64,000 nt of DNA from Oligoflexia bacterium. Lineage in GTDB: Bacteria > Bdellovibrionota > UBA1018 > CAIPTA01 > JAALKR01. The notes under the pieces are model-generated. The model was given only the letters and a program-made list of their open reading frames with translations. It searched no databases and had not been told where the DNA came from. The translations under genes were made by a program, and so were the position numbers. Positions 30,969 to 41,446 of this stretch are shown one piece after another; the first letter of the stretch is position 1, and each line of letters starts with the position of its first letter. The DNA is taken from contig JAALKR010000001.1 in NCBI GenBank assembly GCA_011087955.1, forward strand, positions 38,449 through 102,448. The letters run 5' to 3'.

Positions 30969-31793
30969 GTGATTACCACTCGTCCTTTATTTTTATTCGC
31001 ACTCGCTTTTAAGCTACTGCTTCCATTTTCTACGGAAGCTGCGAAGGAGCAAACACTCATACATCTAACCGGTAAAATTTATGATCGTAAAAGTAATTTC
31101 TCCAAAGTCGTGTTTAAATTTGAAAAGCATGTCACCAAAAAAGCGAGCGGTGAGCTCGTTGCGAAATCAAAGTATTTTTCGATGGACGGTAAAACTGCCC
31201 TTGATGAAGTCGTTGAATATTCTCCAAACGACACATTGAAGCTTTTTCAGCGCAAGCAGAAGCAGATCAATCGCGATACCATGGCTAAGCGTGATGGTGA
31301 GAAAGTTCTTTTTGAAATGAAAGAAAAGCGCGCCAAAAACGATAAGCACGATAAAGATGACGAGGGCTGGGAAGATAATATGATTACCCCAGAGCAGCTT
31401 ACTCGCTATATCCATCGTCATTTTGATAAAATTCTTGCTGGAGAGACGATTAAAGTTCGCTTGATTGTTCCAAGCCGCACCGAAACGGTTGGCTTCCGTG
31501 TGTTCAAGGAAGAGGATAAGGAGTTTCAAGGCAAAGTTCGCACTCGTCTTCGAATGAACCCGACCTCTATCTTCATTCGTGCCTTAGTGGACCCGGTTGA
31601 CCTTTACTTTGAGAAAGAAAAATCCCGTCGTTTGCTAATGGTTGATGGTCGTTTGCCAGTAAAGACTTTTGATAGAGAAGGAAACTATCACGATTTCGTA
31701 GGCCAACTTGTACTTGAGTACCCGGATCAAAAAGACAAAGCTACAAAAGGCAAGAAAACTGCGACGGCTCCGACTCAGAAGAATGGCAATTAG
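30969..31793 (+). CDS. hypothetical periplasmic protein
   Basis: GTG 30969 preceded by AGGGAGG SD; signal peptide; lysine-rich, no domain recognised. Confidence 0.5.
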   Translation: MITTRPLFLFALAFKLLLPFSTEAAKEQTLIHLTGKIYDRKSNFSKVVFKFEKHVTKKASGELVAKSKYFSMDGKTALDEVVEYSPNDTLKLFQRKQKQINRDTMAKRDGEKVLFEMKEKRAKNDKHDKDDEGWEDNMITPEQLTRYIHRHFDKILAGETIKVRLIVPSRTETVGFRVFKEEDKEFQGKVRTRLRMNPTSIFIRALVDPVDLYFEKEKSRRLLMVDGRLPVKTFDREGNYHDFVGQLVLEYPDQKDKATKGKKTATAPTQKNGN

Positions 31794-31817
31794 AAGCTTT
31801 TTTATTCGACCATTTAT

Positions 31818-32387
31818 TTATTCAACCATTTTTTCAACTGTCAGCCGGAATCGATTAAAGCCAACAAGGCCGGCTGTATACATTATTTTCCGCAAGAGTT
31901 CGTATGGCACTTCTTTATCGGCTTGAATGATAATATCCCCAGACCATTTTTTCATGGCCGCTTCTGGCTTGTCCGTTCGAGAAGCTAAGATTTCAAAATC
32001 GTCTCGCTTCTTTTTTAAAGCATCAAATACTGGAAGTATGCTAAGTGCAGACCCGATTTCCGAACCGGGCAGTTGAAACTTTGAGCCACCTTCAGTGACA
32101 TTCCCATCCTGGTCATAGTCTATTAAAAATTCAAGTACTGGCTCAGCGTCCACATATATTTTGTCTTTTGCCACGATGACAACTAATCCTTCGCCCACTG
32201 CTTCCGGAGCAGTTGAAGTCGGAAGTTGTAAGCTATCTGTGTGAACAACGCCCATTGCGGAGATACCATAGGCCTTCAAAAGAAAGACTACGATAATCAT
32301 AAGAGCATCCATAAGTGAAGTTAGCTGCAAGCTAAACTGCTTCTTTAAGGTGTGCCTACTTTTTCTTCTACGTATTACTCGAGCCAC
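31818..32387 (-). CDS. ExbD/TolR/AglS-like biopolymer transport protein
   Basis: N-terminal basic segment then single TM (SLMDALMIIVVFLL), ExbD fold. Confidence 0.8.
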   Translation of the reverse strand: MARVIRRRKSRHTLKKQFSLQLTSLMDALMIIVVFLLKAYGISAMGVVHTDSLQLPTSTAPEAVGEGLVVIVAKDKIYVDAEPVLEFLIDYDQDGNVTEGGSKFQLPGSEIGSALSILPVFDALKKKRDDFEILASRTDKPEAAMKKWSGDIIIQADKEVPYELLRKIMYTAGLVGFNRFRLTVEKMVE

Positions 32388-32390
32388 TTC

Positions 32391-32975
32391 CTATGCCCCA
32401 CCTAGTATATTGCCAAATACGACTTCAGGAAAAAGGTCCGTTACTATGCGATCCTCTTGGACGACACTTCCACTTTTATCACGAATCTCTTCCCCAAATT
32501 CATCTTTGACTGCTTCTTTTACATATAAAGAGGGATCGCCTTCTTCGATTCTACGGGAAGCGTCCATTACTTTAACGATATCCTCATACTCCATAGTCGG
32601 GCTTGGCATCAGCACGATTTGCTTTTCGTACGGATATTTACCCTTAATAGCGAGCAATGCATCATGCAACTTCACAAAGTCTTGATCATCACCAACTCGG
32701 TCAATATTCTGTTTGCGAATGCGGTTAAATGGGCTCGATAGCACAAATCGATCGAGTTCGATCTTTATGGTTAAAGATAGTGGTTTCTGCTTAATTTCTG
32801 GGGGGGTTGCAGAAACCACTGGCACCGGTGTATCAATCAAAGTAACTGAGAGTAACGATGTTGCTGCCAGCAGGAAAGCAATCAACGTTACAAAAGTATC
32901 GAGAATTGGGACAAGAAGAAGCTCAATGTCTTCTTTAGTTCTGGTGCGACGTTGACTCGATGGACGGCGAAGCAT
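32391..32975 (-). CDS. ExbD/TolR/AglQ-like biopolymer transport protein
   Basis: LLVPILDTFVTLIAFLL ExbD-type TM plus periplasmic domain. Confidence 0.8.
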   Translation of the reverse strand: MLRRPSSQRRTRTKEDIELLLVPILDTFVTLIAFLLAATSLLSVTLIDTPVPVVSATPPEIKQKPLSLTIKIELDRFVLSSPFNRIRKQNIDRVGDDQDFVKLHDALLAIKGKYPYEKQIVLMPSPTMEYEDIVKVMDASRRIEEGDPSLYVKEAVKDEFGEEIRDKSGSVVQEDRIVTDLFPEVVFGNILGGA

Positions 32976-33001
32976 GCAGTACTCCCTGAGCGCACCTTAT
33001 A

Positions 33002-33658
33002 TTAAAGCACGTCTTCCGTTGAGTGCTTATAGTGACGTGCAGATAGTAGGTCGATTAATTTCACGCCAAATTCATCAATTTCCTCTACTAGGATCGAGGC
33101 CTTCCCGCTAAGGAAAGAATGAAAAATCATTGTTGAAATAGCTACGATAAGACCAAATGCCGTACAGTTAAGAGCCTCAGAAATACCAGCAGCAAGAATT
33201 TCCTGCCGTTCAGCCGCCTCCGCGTTGGCTACCGCCGCAAAGGAGTGGATAAGACCAGAAATTGTTCCTAATAGACCAAGTAGTGTTGCAAGGTTTGCAA
33301 TCAAGGCCATGTAGTGAAGACGTCTTTCTAATTTTGGAATTACTTCCAGTGATGCAGCGTCAACCGCATTCTGGATTTGCTGTTCATCGCGGGAGGCTCG
33401 CTGTAGACCGGCTTTAATCACTCGAGGAAGCATCGCAGACCCAGCACCATTGCAGATGCGAATCGCTCCGTCCACATCATTGGCCAGCACATGTTTTTGA
33501 ATTTCAAACATGAAGCTTGGACCATCGACCCCAGCCTGCGCGAGCTTAACGAACCGTTCTGCAGCGATAGCCAGGCCAATTAGACCTGACACAAGAATCG
33601 GATGCATGAAAACGCCACCAAGCTGATACTGAACAAGTAGCTCTTGAAAGAATTCCAT
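33002..33658 (-). CDS. MotA/TolQ/ExbB-family proton channel
   Basis: 218 aa, 3 TM, MotA_ExbB C-terminal signature (LATLLGLLGTISGLIHSF). Confidence 0.85.
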   Translation of the reverse strand: MEFFQELLVQYQLGGVFMHPILVSGLIGLAIAAERFVKLAQAGVDGPSFMFEIQKHVLANDVDGAIRICNGAGSAMLPRVIKAGLQRASRDEQQIQNAVDAASLEVIPKLERRLHYMALIANLATLLGLLGTISGLIHSFAAVANAEAAERQEILAAGISEALNCTAFGLIVAISTMIFHSFLSGKASILVEEIDEFGVKLIDLLSARHYKHSTEDVL

Positions 33659-33722
33659 CGTCTCCTCCCCTTCCTTGGGAATTAGCCAAATCGTAAAAAC
33701 GTACCGCTATTCGCCACAACAT

Positions 33723-34058
33723 CTAGCCGCAAATATCATCGAATGCTTCCTTAATGGTTTCACGTGGTTGATTGCCCACTAGCTGGTTCACCACTTCACC
33801 ATTTCTGAAAGCAATTAATGTCGGAATACCTCGCACATTATGTTGTTGCGGAGTTCCGGGACTTTCGTCCACATTTACTTCCACAACCTTTACCCGACCA
33901 TGATACTCCTGAGCTAGCTCACTTATAATTGGAGCTAAGGCTCTGCATGGCCCACACCACTCCGCCCAGAATTTGACGATAACTGGCCCTTCGTGCTTAA
34001 GAACATCGTCACCGAAAGAGCTGTCATTGGCTTTAAGGACAAAGTCTGAATTACTCAT
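33723..34058 (-). CDS. trxA: thioredoxin
   Basis: WAEWCGPCRALAPI active site; internal ATG 34058 gives ~111-aa canonical thioredoxin. Confidence 0.9.
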   Translation of the reverse strand: MSNSDFVLKANDSSFGDDVLKHEGPVIVKFWAEWCGPCRALAPIISELAQEYHGRVKVVEVNVDESPGTPQQHNVRGIPTLIAFRNGEVVNQLVGNQPRETIKEAFDDICG

Positions 34059-34195
34059 TGTTCCTTTTCCTCTTTCAATAATGCAGGAAAAATTTCCCTT
34101 TAAAAGCAAAACTATACTATATTCCCCAGTGTAAAACGATACTAAAGTGATAGGCAAACTTTTTTGCAGCGCCTGCAAATTTATGAGGATATTCC

Positions 34196-34810
34196 ATGAG
34201 TAATCCCAAGAGTTCAATCCAAAACGCCCTCGAAGAATCGAACCGAGTAAAAAGAGGCTTCTTTGAGAAGAACGAGGAAAGCATCGTCGAAGTCGCCCGA
34301 AAAATGGGGGGGGTTATAAAGGCCGGAAACAGGATTTTGATTTGCGGCAATGGTGGATCGGCTTCCGATTCACAGCACTTTGCTGGTGAAATGGTCGGTC
34401 GCCTTATGAAAGAGCGGCGAGCACTGCCCGCAATTGCACTCACAACGGACACGTCCGTATTGACCGCCGTGGGAAATGACTATGGCTATGACCAAGTATT
34501 TTCACGCCAGGTAGAAGGTATTGGAGCATCTGGCGACCTACTTTTCACTATATCTACCTCTGGAAATTCACCAAACATCTTGAGAGCAGCGGAGTCAGCA
34601 AAGGCAATGGGTATTACCGTAGTGGCGCTAACAGGGAAAGATGGTGGAAAGCTTGGCCGCATGGCTGATGTTCACCTGAATGCGGGGCTTGGAGTGACTT
34701 CCCCTCGAATTCAAGAGACCCATATCACTGCCATTCATGTGCTGGTGGATCTTCTTGACGAGTATTTTTTTTATCGCGGCACTGGACAAGCCCCACCCCC
34801 TTTGGGCTAA
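34196..34810 (+). CDS. gmhA: D-sedoheptulose-7-phosphate isomerase (SIS domain)
   Basis: ILICGNGGSASDSQHFAGEM SIS/GmhA motif. Confidence 0.8.
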   Translation: MSNPKSSIQNALEESNRVKRGFFEKNEESIVEVARKMGGVIKAGNRILICGNGGSASDSQHFAGEMVGRLMKERRALPAIALTTDTSVLTAVGNDYGYDQVFSRQVEGIGASGDLLFTISTSGNSPNILRAAESAKAMGITVVALTGKDGGKLGRMADVHLNAGLGVTSPRIQETHITAIHVLVDLLDEYFFYRGTGQAPPPLG

Positions 34811-34908
34811 AATACCCTTATCACTTTACGTTAAACACCGTGTAGGATGAATAGGCTAAACTTTTACAGCTAAACGAATTAGGCCAAACGAATAAGGAAC
34901 GTGAATTC

Positions 34909-35376
34909 GTGCAAGATGATATAGATCTGTCAAAAATACGCAAAGGAATGCGGCAAGCTTTGGGGAGCCCACTCTTTGTCAACCGCTTAGTGGGCAAAGC
35001 AATTGACCTTGTCATCGCAATTTTCCTTGCATCGGTTACATACCCAGCTGGGCCTCTAGCAGCCTTTTTGTATGTATTAATTTGCGATGGTCTGCGAAAT
35101 GGGCAAAGTATCGGTAAAAAAGTAGTAGGTATTTATGTCACCAACACGGAGTCGGAGAAACCAGCAAATTTTCGCGATTCAATTATTCGCAATTCACCCG
35201 TCGCGTTAATCGTATTGTTCTTGCTGATTCCGATTTGGGGATGGATACTATGGTTTGTTATTGGTCTTCCGGTGCTCGCAACGGAAATGTATCTTATGAA
35301 AAGCGTGGAGAGTCAGAAACGCTTGGGGGATACTATGGCCGATACACAGGTTTTGGAGTTGGAAATTAATAATTAA
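34909..35376 (+). CDS. RDD-family membrane protein
   Basis: GTG start; RDD-like N-region and two TM segments. Confidence 0.5.
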   Translation: MQDDIDLSKIRKGMRQALGSPLFVNRLVGKAIDLVIAIFLASVTYPAGPLAAFLYVLICDGLRNGQSIGKKVVGIYVTNTESEKPANFRDSIIRNSPVALIVLFLLIPIWGWILWFVIGLPVLATEMYLMKSVESQKRLGDTMADTQVLELEINN

Positions 35377-35411
35377 CGGTCAATGTAGCTTCAAGGAAGG
35401 GGCGCTAGTCG

Positions 35412-35786
35412 ATGAGCAATGCAAAGTCAGGACCATGGAACGCAGAAACAATCCGTCAGTCTCGTAAGACACGTAGTCTTACACAGGCTGAATTAGCGGA
35501 AGCTTTGGGATGTCGTCAACAGACAATCTCTGAGTGGGAGCTCGGTATGTATGAACCCAAAAATGCATACCAAAAGCTATTATCGCTTTTTTTCGGGTCA
35601 ACACCGGTTGTACAGGAAGAAATACCAGTGAATATAGGTTGGCACGAGGCACCACAAGCACATACACAGACTGCAACGGACAATACAACAACGGATAACA
35701 CCGAAACAGCGAGTCAAACCGATGTCACAACTGAGGGCATTTTGCCTCATAACAGGCCACGTCTGTTTGAGGCAGGAAAGAACTAG
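35412..35786 (+). CDS. XRE-family helix-turn-helix transcriptional regulator
   Basis: LTQAELAEALGCRQQTISEWELG HTH_XRE motif; Thr/Asp-rich low-complexity tail. Confidence 0.75.
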   Translation: MSNAKSGPWNAETIRQSRKTRSLTQAELAEALGCRQQTISEWELGMYEPKNAYQKLLSLFFGSTPVVQEEIPVNIGWHEAPQAHTQTATDNTTTDNTETASQTDVTTEGILPHNRPRLFEAGKN

Positions 35787-35821
35787 TTCTTAGGCGCGCT
35801 TTATATTAGTTTCCGTACATT

Positions 35822-38545
35822 ATGGAAATTAAGCGCAAGCCTTTACTTTGTGTAGTCGACGCGAGCTCATTTATCTTCCGTGCTTATTATGCTGTCAAGC
35901 ATTTGAGCAATAAAGAAGGCCTCCCCACCAATGCGATCTTTGGCTTTGCTAATATGATCGTAAAGGTGCTGGAGGACCTTTCTCCAAGTCACATCGCAAT
36001 CGTCTATGACACAAAATATCCCTCCTTTCGAAAAAAAAAATTCCCAGAGTATAAAGCTAATCGCACCGAAATGCCGGACGACCTCATTCCGCAGATGCCT
36101 TATATTAAAAATTTCGTTGAAGCCCTGGGATTGCCTCACTTTGAGAAAAAGGGGTTTGAAGCGGACGATATCATTGCCGCACTCGCAGAATTCTCACTCG
36201 ATAAAAAGCATGACGTCTGTATTATCTCGAGCGACAAGGATCTGATGCAACTTGTGAACAACCACATCTGGATGCTCGACACGATGAAAAATAAAAAAAT
36301 CGATGAAAAGGGTGTCATAGCCAAGATGGGTGTTCGACCAGATCAAATCGCAGACTACTTGGGGCTTGTTGGTGATTCTTCAGACAATATTCCGGGAGTG
36401 AAAGGAATCGGCCCAAAGTCAGCTGTGGGGCTGCTCGAGAAATTTGAGACGATTGAAGGTGTTTACGAGAATATTAATATGCTTAAGAAGAATAAGCAGC
36501 GTGAGAATCTAGAGAGCTTCAAAGACTCAGCCTTTCTTTCCCGAGACCTGGCCACGGTTGAACGCAACGTGGGAATTGAGTTTGCCTGGGGCGCACTTGA
36601 GTGCAACCCGGTATACGGCACAAAGCTATATGCGTTACTGGAAAAATTGGAGTTCCAGAGCCTTGGCAAGAGTTTGATGCAATGGACAAAAAACACGTCC
36701 CTTCCCTCTGGTGCTACCTTGACTACGGACGCGAGAACTGCAAAGTATGTTGCAATCACCGATGTAAAGGAATTAAAGCTAGCCTTTAGGAAATTAGATA
36801 AAGCAAAGGTGGTTGCCCTCGATACAGAGACAACGGGGTTATCGCACCACGCTTCGCTGATTGGCTTTTCACTCTGTGGAGGTGAGTCGGAAGCCTATTA
36901 TGTGCCTGTTGCACACACTGTTTTTGAGGAGCAAATAAACGTGGCAACAGCTCTAAAGGAACTTAGTGGTTTTTTAAAGAAACGGCAAGTCGTTGGTCAG
37001 AATATCAAATATGATTTGAATATTTTGCGGCGAACAGGACTTGAATTGAGTTCGGATCAGATTGCCTTTGATACGATGGTTGCCTCCTATGTCTTAGACC
37101 CAAGCTCGCGCCATGGCTTAGATGCGATGGCATCGAAATATTTTAACCATGAAACAATTAAATATGAGGATGTCTGCGGCAAAGGTAAAGAGCAAATCAC
37201 ATTTGCGGAGGTCGAGCTAGAGCTGGCAACAAACTATGCTGCTGAAGACGCTTGGGTCACTTGGCGCCTCTATAAAAAGCTACATCCAGAGATTGAAAAA
37301 GAAGCCAAGCTCAAAAAAATTTATTACGAAATCGAGATGCCACTGCTGACTGTGCTAGCCGATATGGAGTATATCGGTATAGCAATCGATAAGCCACTTT
37401 TGAAGGGCATGTCGAAAGAATTCGAAAGAGAATTGAATCGCCTGCAGAGACAAGCTTTTAAGCTTGCAGGGAGTGAATTTAATTTGGCGAGCCCAAAGCA
37501 ACTACAAAAAATATTGTTTGAAGACCTTGGATTGCCGGCGTTCAAAAAAACAAAGACGGGCTTTTCAACAAACTCAGAAGTACTTTCTAAGCTAGCCATT
37601 CAACACGAGCTTCCGGCTGTTATTCTTGAATATCGTGAAATTTCAAAACTTAAGAGCACCTATGTCGATGTAATTCCAGAGCTTACGAATGGTTCGGATC
37701 GAGTGCATACGAGCTTTAATCAGACTGTCGCTGCAACGGGGCGTTTATCATCTTCAGATCCGAATTTGCAAAATATCCCAATTCGGACAGAGATGGGGAA
37801 AAAAATTCGAGAAGCTTTTGTTGCAAAACAAGGAACCATATTGCTAGGCGCAGATTATTCGCAAATTGAGTTGCGCATTTTGGCTGCCCTATCTGGAGAC
37901 ACCGCTCTTCAAACGGCTTTTAAGAACGGAGACGATATTCATACGCTAACAGCGTCGAAAATTTTTGAAATTTCTGAAGAGGACGTAACGCCGGAGTTGC
38001 GTCGACAAGCGAAGGCTGTAAACTTCGGATTGTTATATGGCAAGACAGCATTTTCACTGGCTGAAGACCTAGGAATCACCCGCAAAGAAGCGGCAGAAAT
38101 TATTGAAAATTATTTCAGACAATATCCGACAATTAAAAAATTTTTGGGTGGACTAGCAGAGCAAGCCCGTGGAAAAGGCTTTGCAGAAACACTTTATGGT
38201 CGACGAAGAATTATCGATGGAATCAATGCCAAGAACAAAATCGTTCGCAATATGGCCGAGCGAATGGCTATCAATACGCCGATTCAAGGTACGGCGGCTG
38301 ATCTAATTAAAGTGGCAATGAATAATTTAAATTCTGCTCTGGTGCAAAAAAAATTAAAGTCAAAGATTCTCTTACAAGTCCACGATGAACTAATATTAGA
38401 AGTACCAAAAAATGAGATTGATATGGTGATGGGCGTGGTGAAGAATTCAATGGAGGGTGTGGGCGCACTCAGATCGTTTCCAAAGATCGATGTCCCACTC
38501 ACTGTTGAAATTGGCACAGGGCAAAATTGGTTGGAATTGAAGTAA
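35822..38545 (+). CDS. polA: DNA polymerase I
   Basis: 907 aa; 5'-3' exonuclease, 3'-5' exo-like and family A polymerase motifs (DYSQIELRILA, QVHDELILE). Confidence 0.95.
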   Translation: MEIKRKPLLCVVDASSFIFRAYYAVKHLSNKEGLPTNAIFGFANMIVKVLEDLSPSHIAIVYDTKYPSFRKKKFPEYKANRTEMPDDLIPQMPYIKNFVEALGLPHFEKKGFEADDIIAALAEFSLDKKHDVCIISSDKDLMQLVNNHIWMLDTMKNKKIDEKGVIAKMGVRPDQIADYLGLVGDSSDNIPGVKGIGPKSAVGLLEKFETIEGVYENINMLKKNKQRENLESFKDSAFLSRDLATVERNVGIEFAWGALECNPVYGTKLYALLEKLEFQSLGKSLMQWTKNTSLPSGATLTTDARTAKYVAITDVKELKLAFRKLDKAKVVALDTETTGLSHHASLIGFSLCGGESEAYYVPVAHTVFEEQINVATALKELSGFLKKRQVVGQNIKYDLNILRRTGLELSSDQIAFDTMVASYVLDPSSRHGLDAMASKYFNHETIKYEDVCGKGKEQITFAEVELELATNYAAEDAWVTWRLYKKLHPEIEKEAKLKKIYYEIEMPLLTVLADMEYIGIAIDKPLLKGMSKEFERELNRLQRQAFKLAGSEFNLASPKQLQKILFEDLGLPAFKKTKTGFSTNSEVLSKLAIQHELPAVILEYREISKLKSTYVDVIPELTNGSDRVHTSFNQTVAATGRLSSSDPNLQNIPIRTEMGKKIREAFVAKQGTILLGADYSQIELRILAALSGDTALQTAFKNGDDIHTLTASKIFEISEEDVTPELRRQAKAVNFGLLYGKTAFSLAEDLGITRKEAAEIIENYFRQYPTIKKFLGGLAEQARGKGFAETLYGRRRIIDGINAKNKIVRNMAERMAINTPIQGTAADLIKVAMNNLNSALVQKKLKSKILLQVHDELILEVPKNEIDMVMGVVKNSMEGVGALRSFPKIDVPLTVEIGTGQNWLELK

Positions 38546-38670
38546 TTTGTTTTTGAGCCTCTTATGGTCTACACTTCCACTTGCCGACGAAAGACGCCAA
38601 CAAAAAACTTTAAATTTTTGTTCTGCTCTGCAAGAGAAGTCTTTGAGGGGAATCTACTAGGAGGAACTTT

Positions 38671-39150
38671 ATGAAGAGTAGTAAAGCGATAATTGATGAG
38701 CTGAATAAAATTCTTACTAACGAGCTCACCGCCATTAACCAATACTTCCTCCACGCTCGTATGTGTCAAGATTGGGGTTATAAGAACCTAGGCGACAAGA
38801 TTTATCATGAGTCGATTGATGAAATGAAGCATGCTCAAAAATTAATCGACCGAATTTTGTTCTTGGAGGGTATTCCCAATGTGCAAAAGCTGCATGCAAT
38901 GTCGATCGGTCAAAATGTCCCAGAGATTCTGAAGTCCGATTTAGACTTTGAGTATAAGGCAATTCCAGATTTGAAGGCAGCAATCAAAGTTTGTTTCGAT
39001 ATGGAGGATCACGTTTCCCGTGAAATGCTTGAGCATATCCTCGTGTCTGAAGAAGAGCATATCGATTGGCTCGAGTCCCAGCTACATATGATCAAAGAAG
39101 TGGGCAAAGAAAATTACCTAGCTGAGCAAATGCATAAAGGTGGAAATTAA
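38671..39150 (+). CDS. bfr: bacterioferritin
   Basis: MKSSKAIIDELNKILTNELTAINQYFLHARMCQDWGY... ferritin-like diiron and heme Met ligands. Confidence 0.9.
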   Translation: MKSSKAIIDELNKILTNELTAINQYFLHARMCQDWGYKNLGDKIYHESIDEMKHAQKLIDRILFLEGIPNVQKLHAMSIGQNVPEILKSDLDFEYKAIPDLKAAIKVCFDMEDHVSREMLEHILVSEEEHIDWLESQLHMIKEVGKENYLAEQMHKGGN

Positions 39151-39587
39151 GCCTTCTCCTTTCTATCTTATTCTTTCCTGCCCTACTTTGGGCGGACGAC
39201 TAATGGGAGCTCAAGTCTATGGTGTGATTACCAATCAATCTTCTTATTGACATTTTTATATGACTAAAATAATCTTATATTAAGGGTGCTCTTAGTTTTT
39301 CTAAGTATCTTTAGGGCATTCCAGTTGGAGGCGATTATGACTGGGAATGCTCGCTTATGCAAATTGTCGACACCTCTAATAAAAACCTTATCACTCCCGA
39401 TCTCGGCGAGGTGCCAGCCAAGTATAACGACTGCGGCGCTAAAGCGAAGACCGAACTCGAAAGCAGAGGCTGGACTGTGGACGACGCAGGGCCAGAGGCC
39501 GGAGCCGATGCAGCTAGGTGCGCCAATTGGAGTCCTAGTCCTCCTTGATGAGGTGGGTTTGTTGGCGTAGCTGAAGAGCGGTTCCGT

Positions 39588-39785
39588 TTATGTCGGCGAT
39601 TTATAGGCCAAGCCACCCCAGGTAAAGCCAGCACCAAAAGCCAAGAATAGTAACGTAGCCTTGGGTGGAACAAGCCCCATCTCCTTTGCCTCGTCTAGAG
39701 CTAAGGGGATTGAGGCTGCCGTGGTATTGCCATATCTCTCAATGCTGAGGTTGACAATGATTCTCAATTTCAGTACACTAGAAGT
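39588..39785 (-). pseudogene. 3'-terminal remnant of a second fabH (3-oxoacyl-ACP synthase III) gene, ~65 codons with native stop
   Basis: my translation [54 protein letters not shown] closely resembles the FabH C-terminal consensus as I recall it (...DRHGNTSAASVP.ALDEA...GG.FTWGS...); no upstream catalytic part present. Confidence 0.65.
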
Positions 39786-39971
39786 GTGTATGTTTGCATC
39801 TGCAAGGCTGTAACCGAGGATGAAGTCGAAGAGGTTGTCAAATCTGGCACTCATGACTTCGAAGAGGTACGTGTACGCTCGAAAGCCTGTACGGACTGCG
39901 GTACCTGCCGCTTCAAATTACAGCGCTTGATTACAGAGAAAATTTCCCAAAAAAAGGGGCGCAACACTTGA
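39786..39971 (+). CDS. bfd: bacterioferritin-associated ferredoxin (BFD-like [2Fe-2S] domain)
   Basis: GTG start; [14 protein letters not shown]...CTDCGTCRF matches BFD Cys pattern; next to bfr. Confidence 0.75.
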   Translation: MYVCICKAVTEDEVEEVVKSGTHDFEEVRVRSKACTDCGTCRFKLQRLITEKISQKKGRNT

Positions 39972-40036
39972 GGAAATCTTAAGAGAATAGTGAGAAGGAA
40001 TCACTTTTCGTGCATTACGTCAAAATTCAAGGGCAG

Positions 40037-41434
40037 TTAACTCTCATTCAGTGCATTCACAATTTTTGAGCAAGTCTCTTTTGCGTCCCCAAAAATTAGA
40101 GATGCGTTGTCATAGTAGAAGAGATCGTTGTCCACACCGGAATAACCAGAACCCATAGAGCGCTTCAAGATATAGACTTGTCGTGATCGATAGGCATCGA
40201 GAATAGGCATGCCGAAAAGAGGGCTCGACTTATCTGTCTTCGCTGCTGGATTGACAATATCATTGGCGCCAACAACTAGCACAACGTCTGCAGTAGAAAA
40301 ATCTCCATTCACTTCTTCAAGTTCTTCTACACACTCATAGGGAATATCGGCTTCCGCGAGCAACACATTCATATGTCCGGGCATCCGACCTGCAACTGGA
40401 TGAATAGCAAATTTCATTTCAATGTCGCGGGCAAGCAAAATATCGTAGAGCTCGCGCAGGGCATGCTGGGCTTGGGCCACTGCCATTCCATATCCAGGAA
40501 CCACGATCACCTTACTCGCGTTCTCCATTAAGAAGGCAGCGTCTTCTGCCGCTGCCGACTTAACTGGCTTACGCTCCTTATCTCCAGAGGCCTCCTCTGC
40601 TTTGCCACCAAATCCACCAAGAATAACAGATATGAACGAGCGGTTCATTGCCTTACACATAATGTAGGAGAGGATTGCGCCCGAAGACCCAACAAGCGCG
40701 CCTGTCGCGATCAACAGATTATTACCGAGAGTGAAACCTGTCGCCGAAGCTGCCCAACCAGAGTAGGAGTTGAGCATCGAAACCACTACCGGCATATCTG
40801 CACTACCGATTGGAATCACAATTAGAACCCCAAATACAAAAGCGATCACGGTTAGAGTAATCAGGGCCGACATATCTGGATCGATTGAAAACTTCGCACA
40901 AAGGCCAATCGTGACAAGTAGTAAAACTAAGTTAAGGATATGTTGTCCAGGGAAAATGACCGGACTAGAGCTCAGAGAGCCTTTCAACTTACCAAAGGCA
41001 ATAATCGATCCAGTAAATGTGATTGCACCAATTGCCGCACCTAAAGAAATTTCTGTTCCAAAGACTGCATCAAATACCTTATGAGAGAGCCCATCGACTT
41101 CCATCATATAAGTTCCGATTGCAACTAAAACCGCTGACAGTCCGACGAAGGAGTGAAGCGCAGCCACTAATTCCGGCATCGAAGTCATTTGAATACGTAA
41201 AGCAACAGTAGTGCCAATTATCGCACCGCCAACAATACCAGCTATGATCCAGGTGTAGCTTGTTACGGCTGGATTGACGAGAGTGGCTACGATTGCCAGT
41301 CCCATGCCGAGCATTGCAAAATTATTTCCTCGTAAGGCAGTCTTTGGTGAAGCAAGTCCCTTCAACCCAAAGATAAAAAAAATCGTAGCGATCAAATAGA
41401 CAAAAGCATAACCATCTTGGCTTAATTGCAACAT
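40037..41434 (-). CDS. pntB: NAD(P) transhydrogenase subunit beta
   Basis: 465 aa, N-terminal multi-TM, C-terminal NADP(H)-binding domain. Confidence 0.9.
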   Translation of the reverse strand: MLQLSQDGYAFVYLIATIFFIFGLKGLASPKTALRGNNFAMLGMGLAIVATLVNPAVTSYTWIIAGIVGGAIIGTTVALRIQMTSMPELVAALHSFVGLSAVLVAIGTYMMEVDGLSHKVFDAVFGTEISLGAAIGAITFTGSIIAFGKLKGSLSSSPVIFPGQHILNLVLLLVTIGLCAKFSIDPDMSALITLTVIAFVFGVLIVIPIGSADMPVVVSMLNSYSGWAASATGFTLGNNLLIATGALVGSSGAILSYIMCKAMNRSFISVILGGFGGKAEEASGDKERKPVKSAAAEDAAFLMENASKVIVVPGYGMAVAQAQHALRELYDILLARDIEMKFAIHPVAGRMPGHMNVLLAEADIPYECVEELEEVNGDFSTADVVLVVGANDIVNPAAKTDKSSPLFGMPILDAYRSRQVYILKRSMGSGYSGVDNDLFYYDNASLIFGDAKETCSKIVNALNES

Positions 41435-41446
41435 CTCTTCGTCTCG

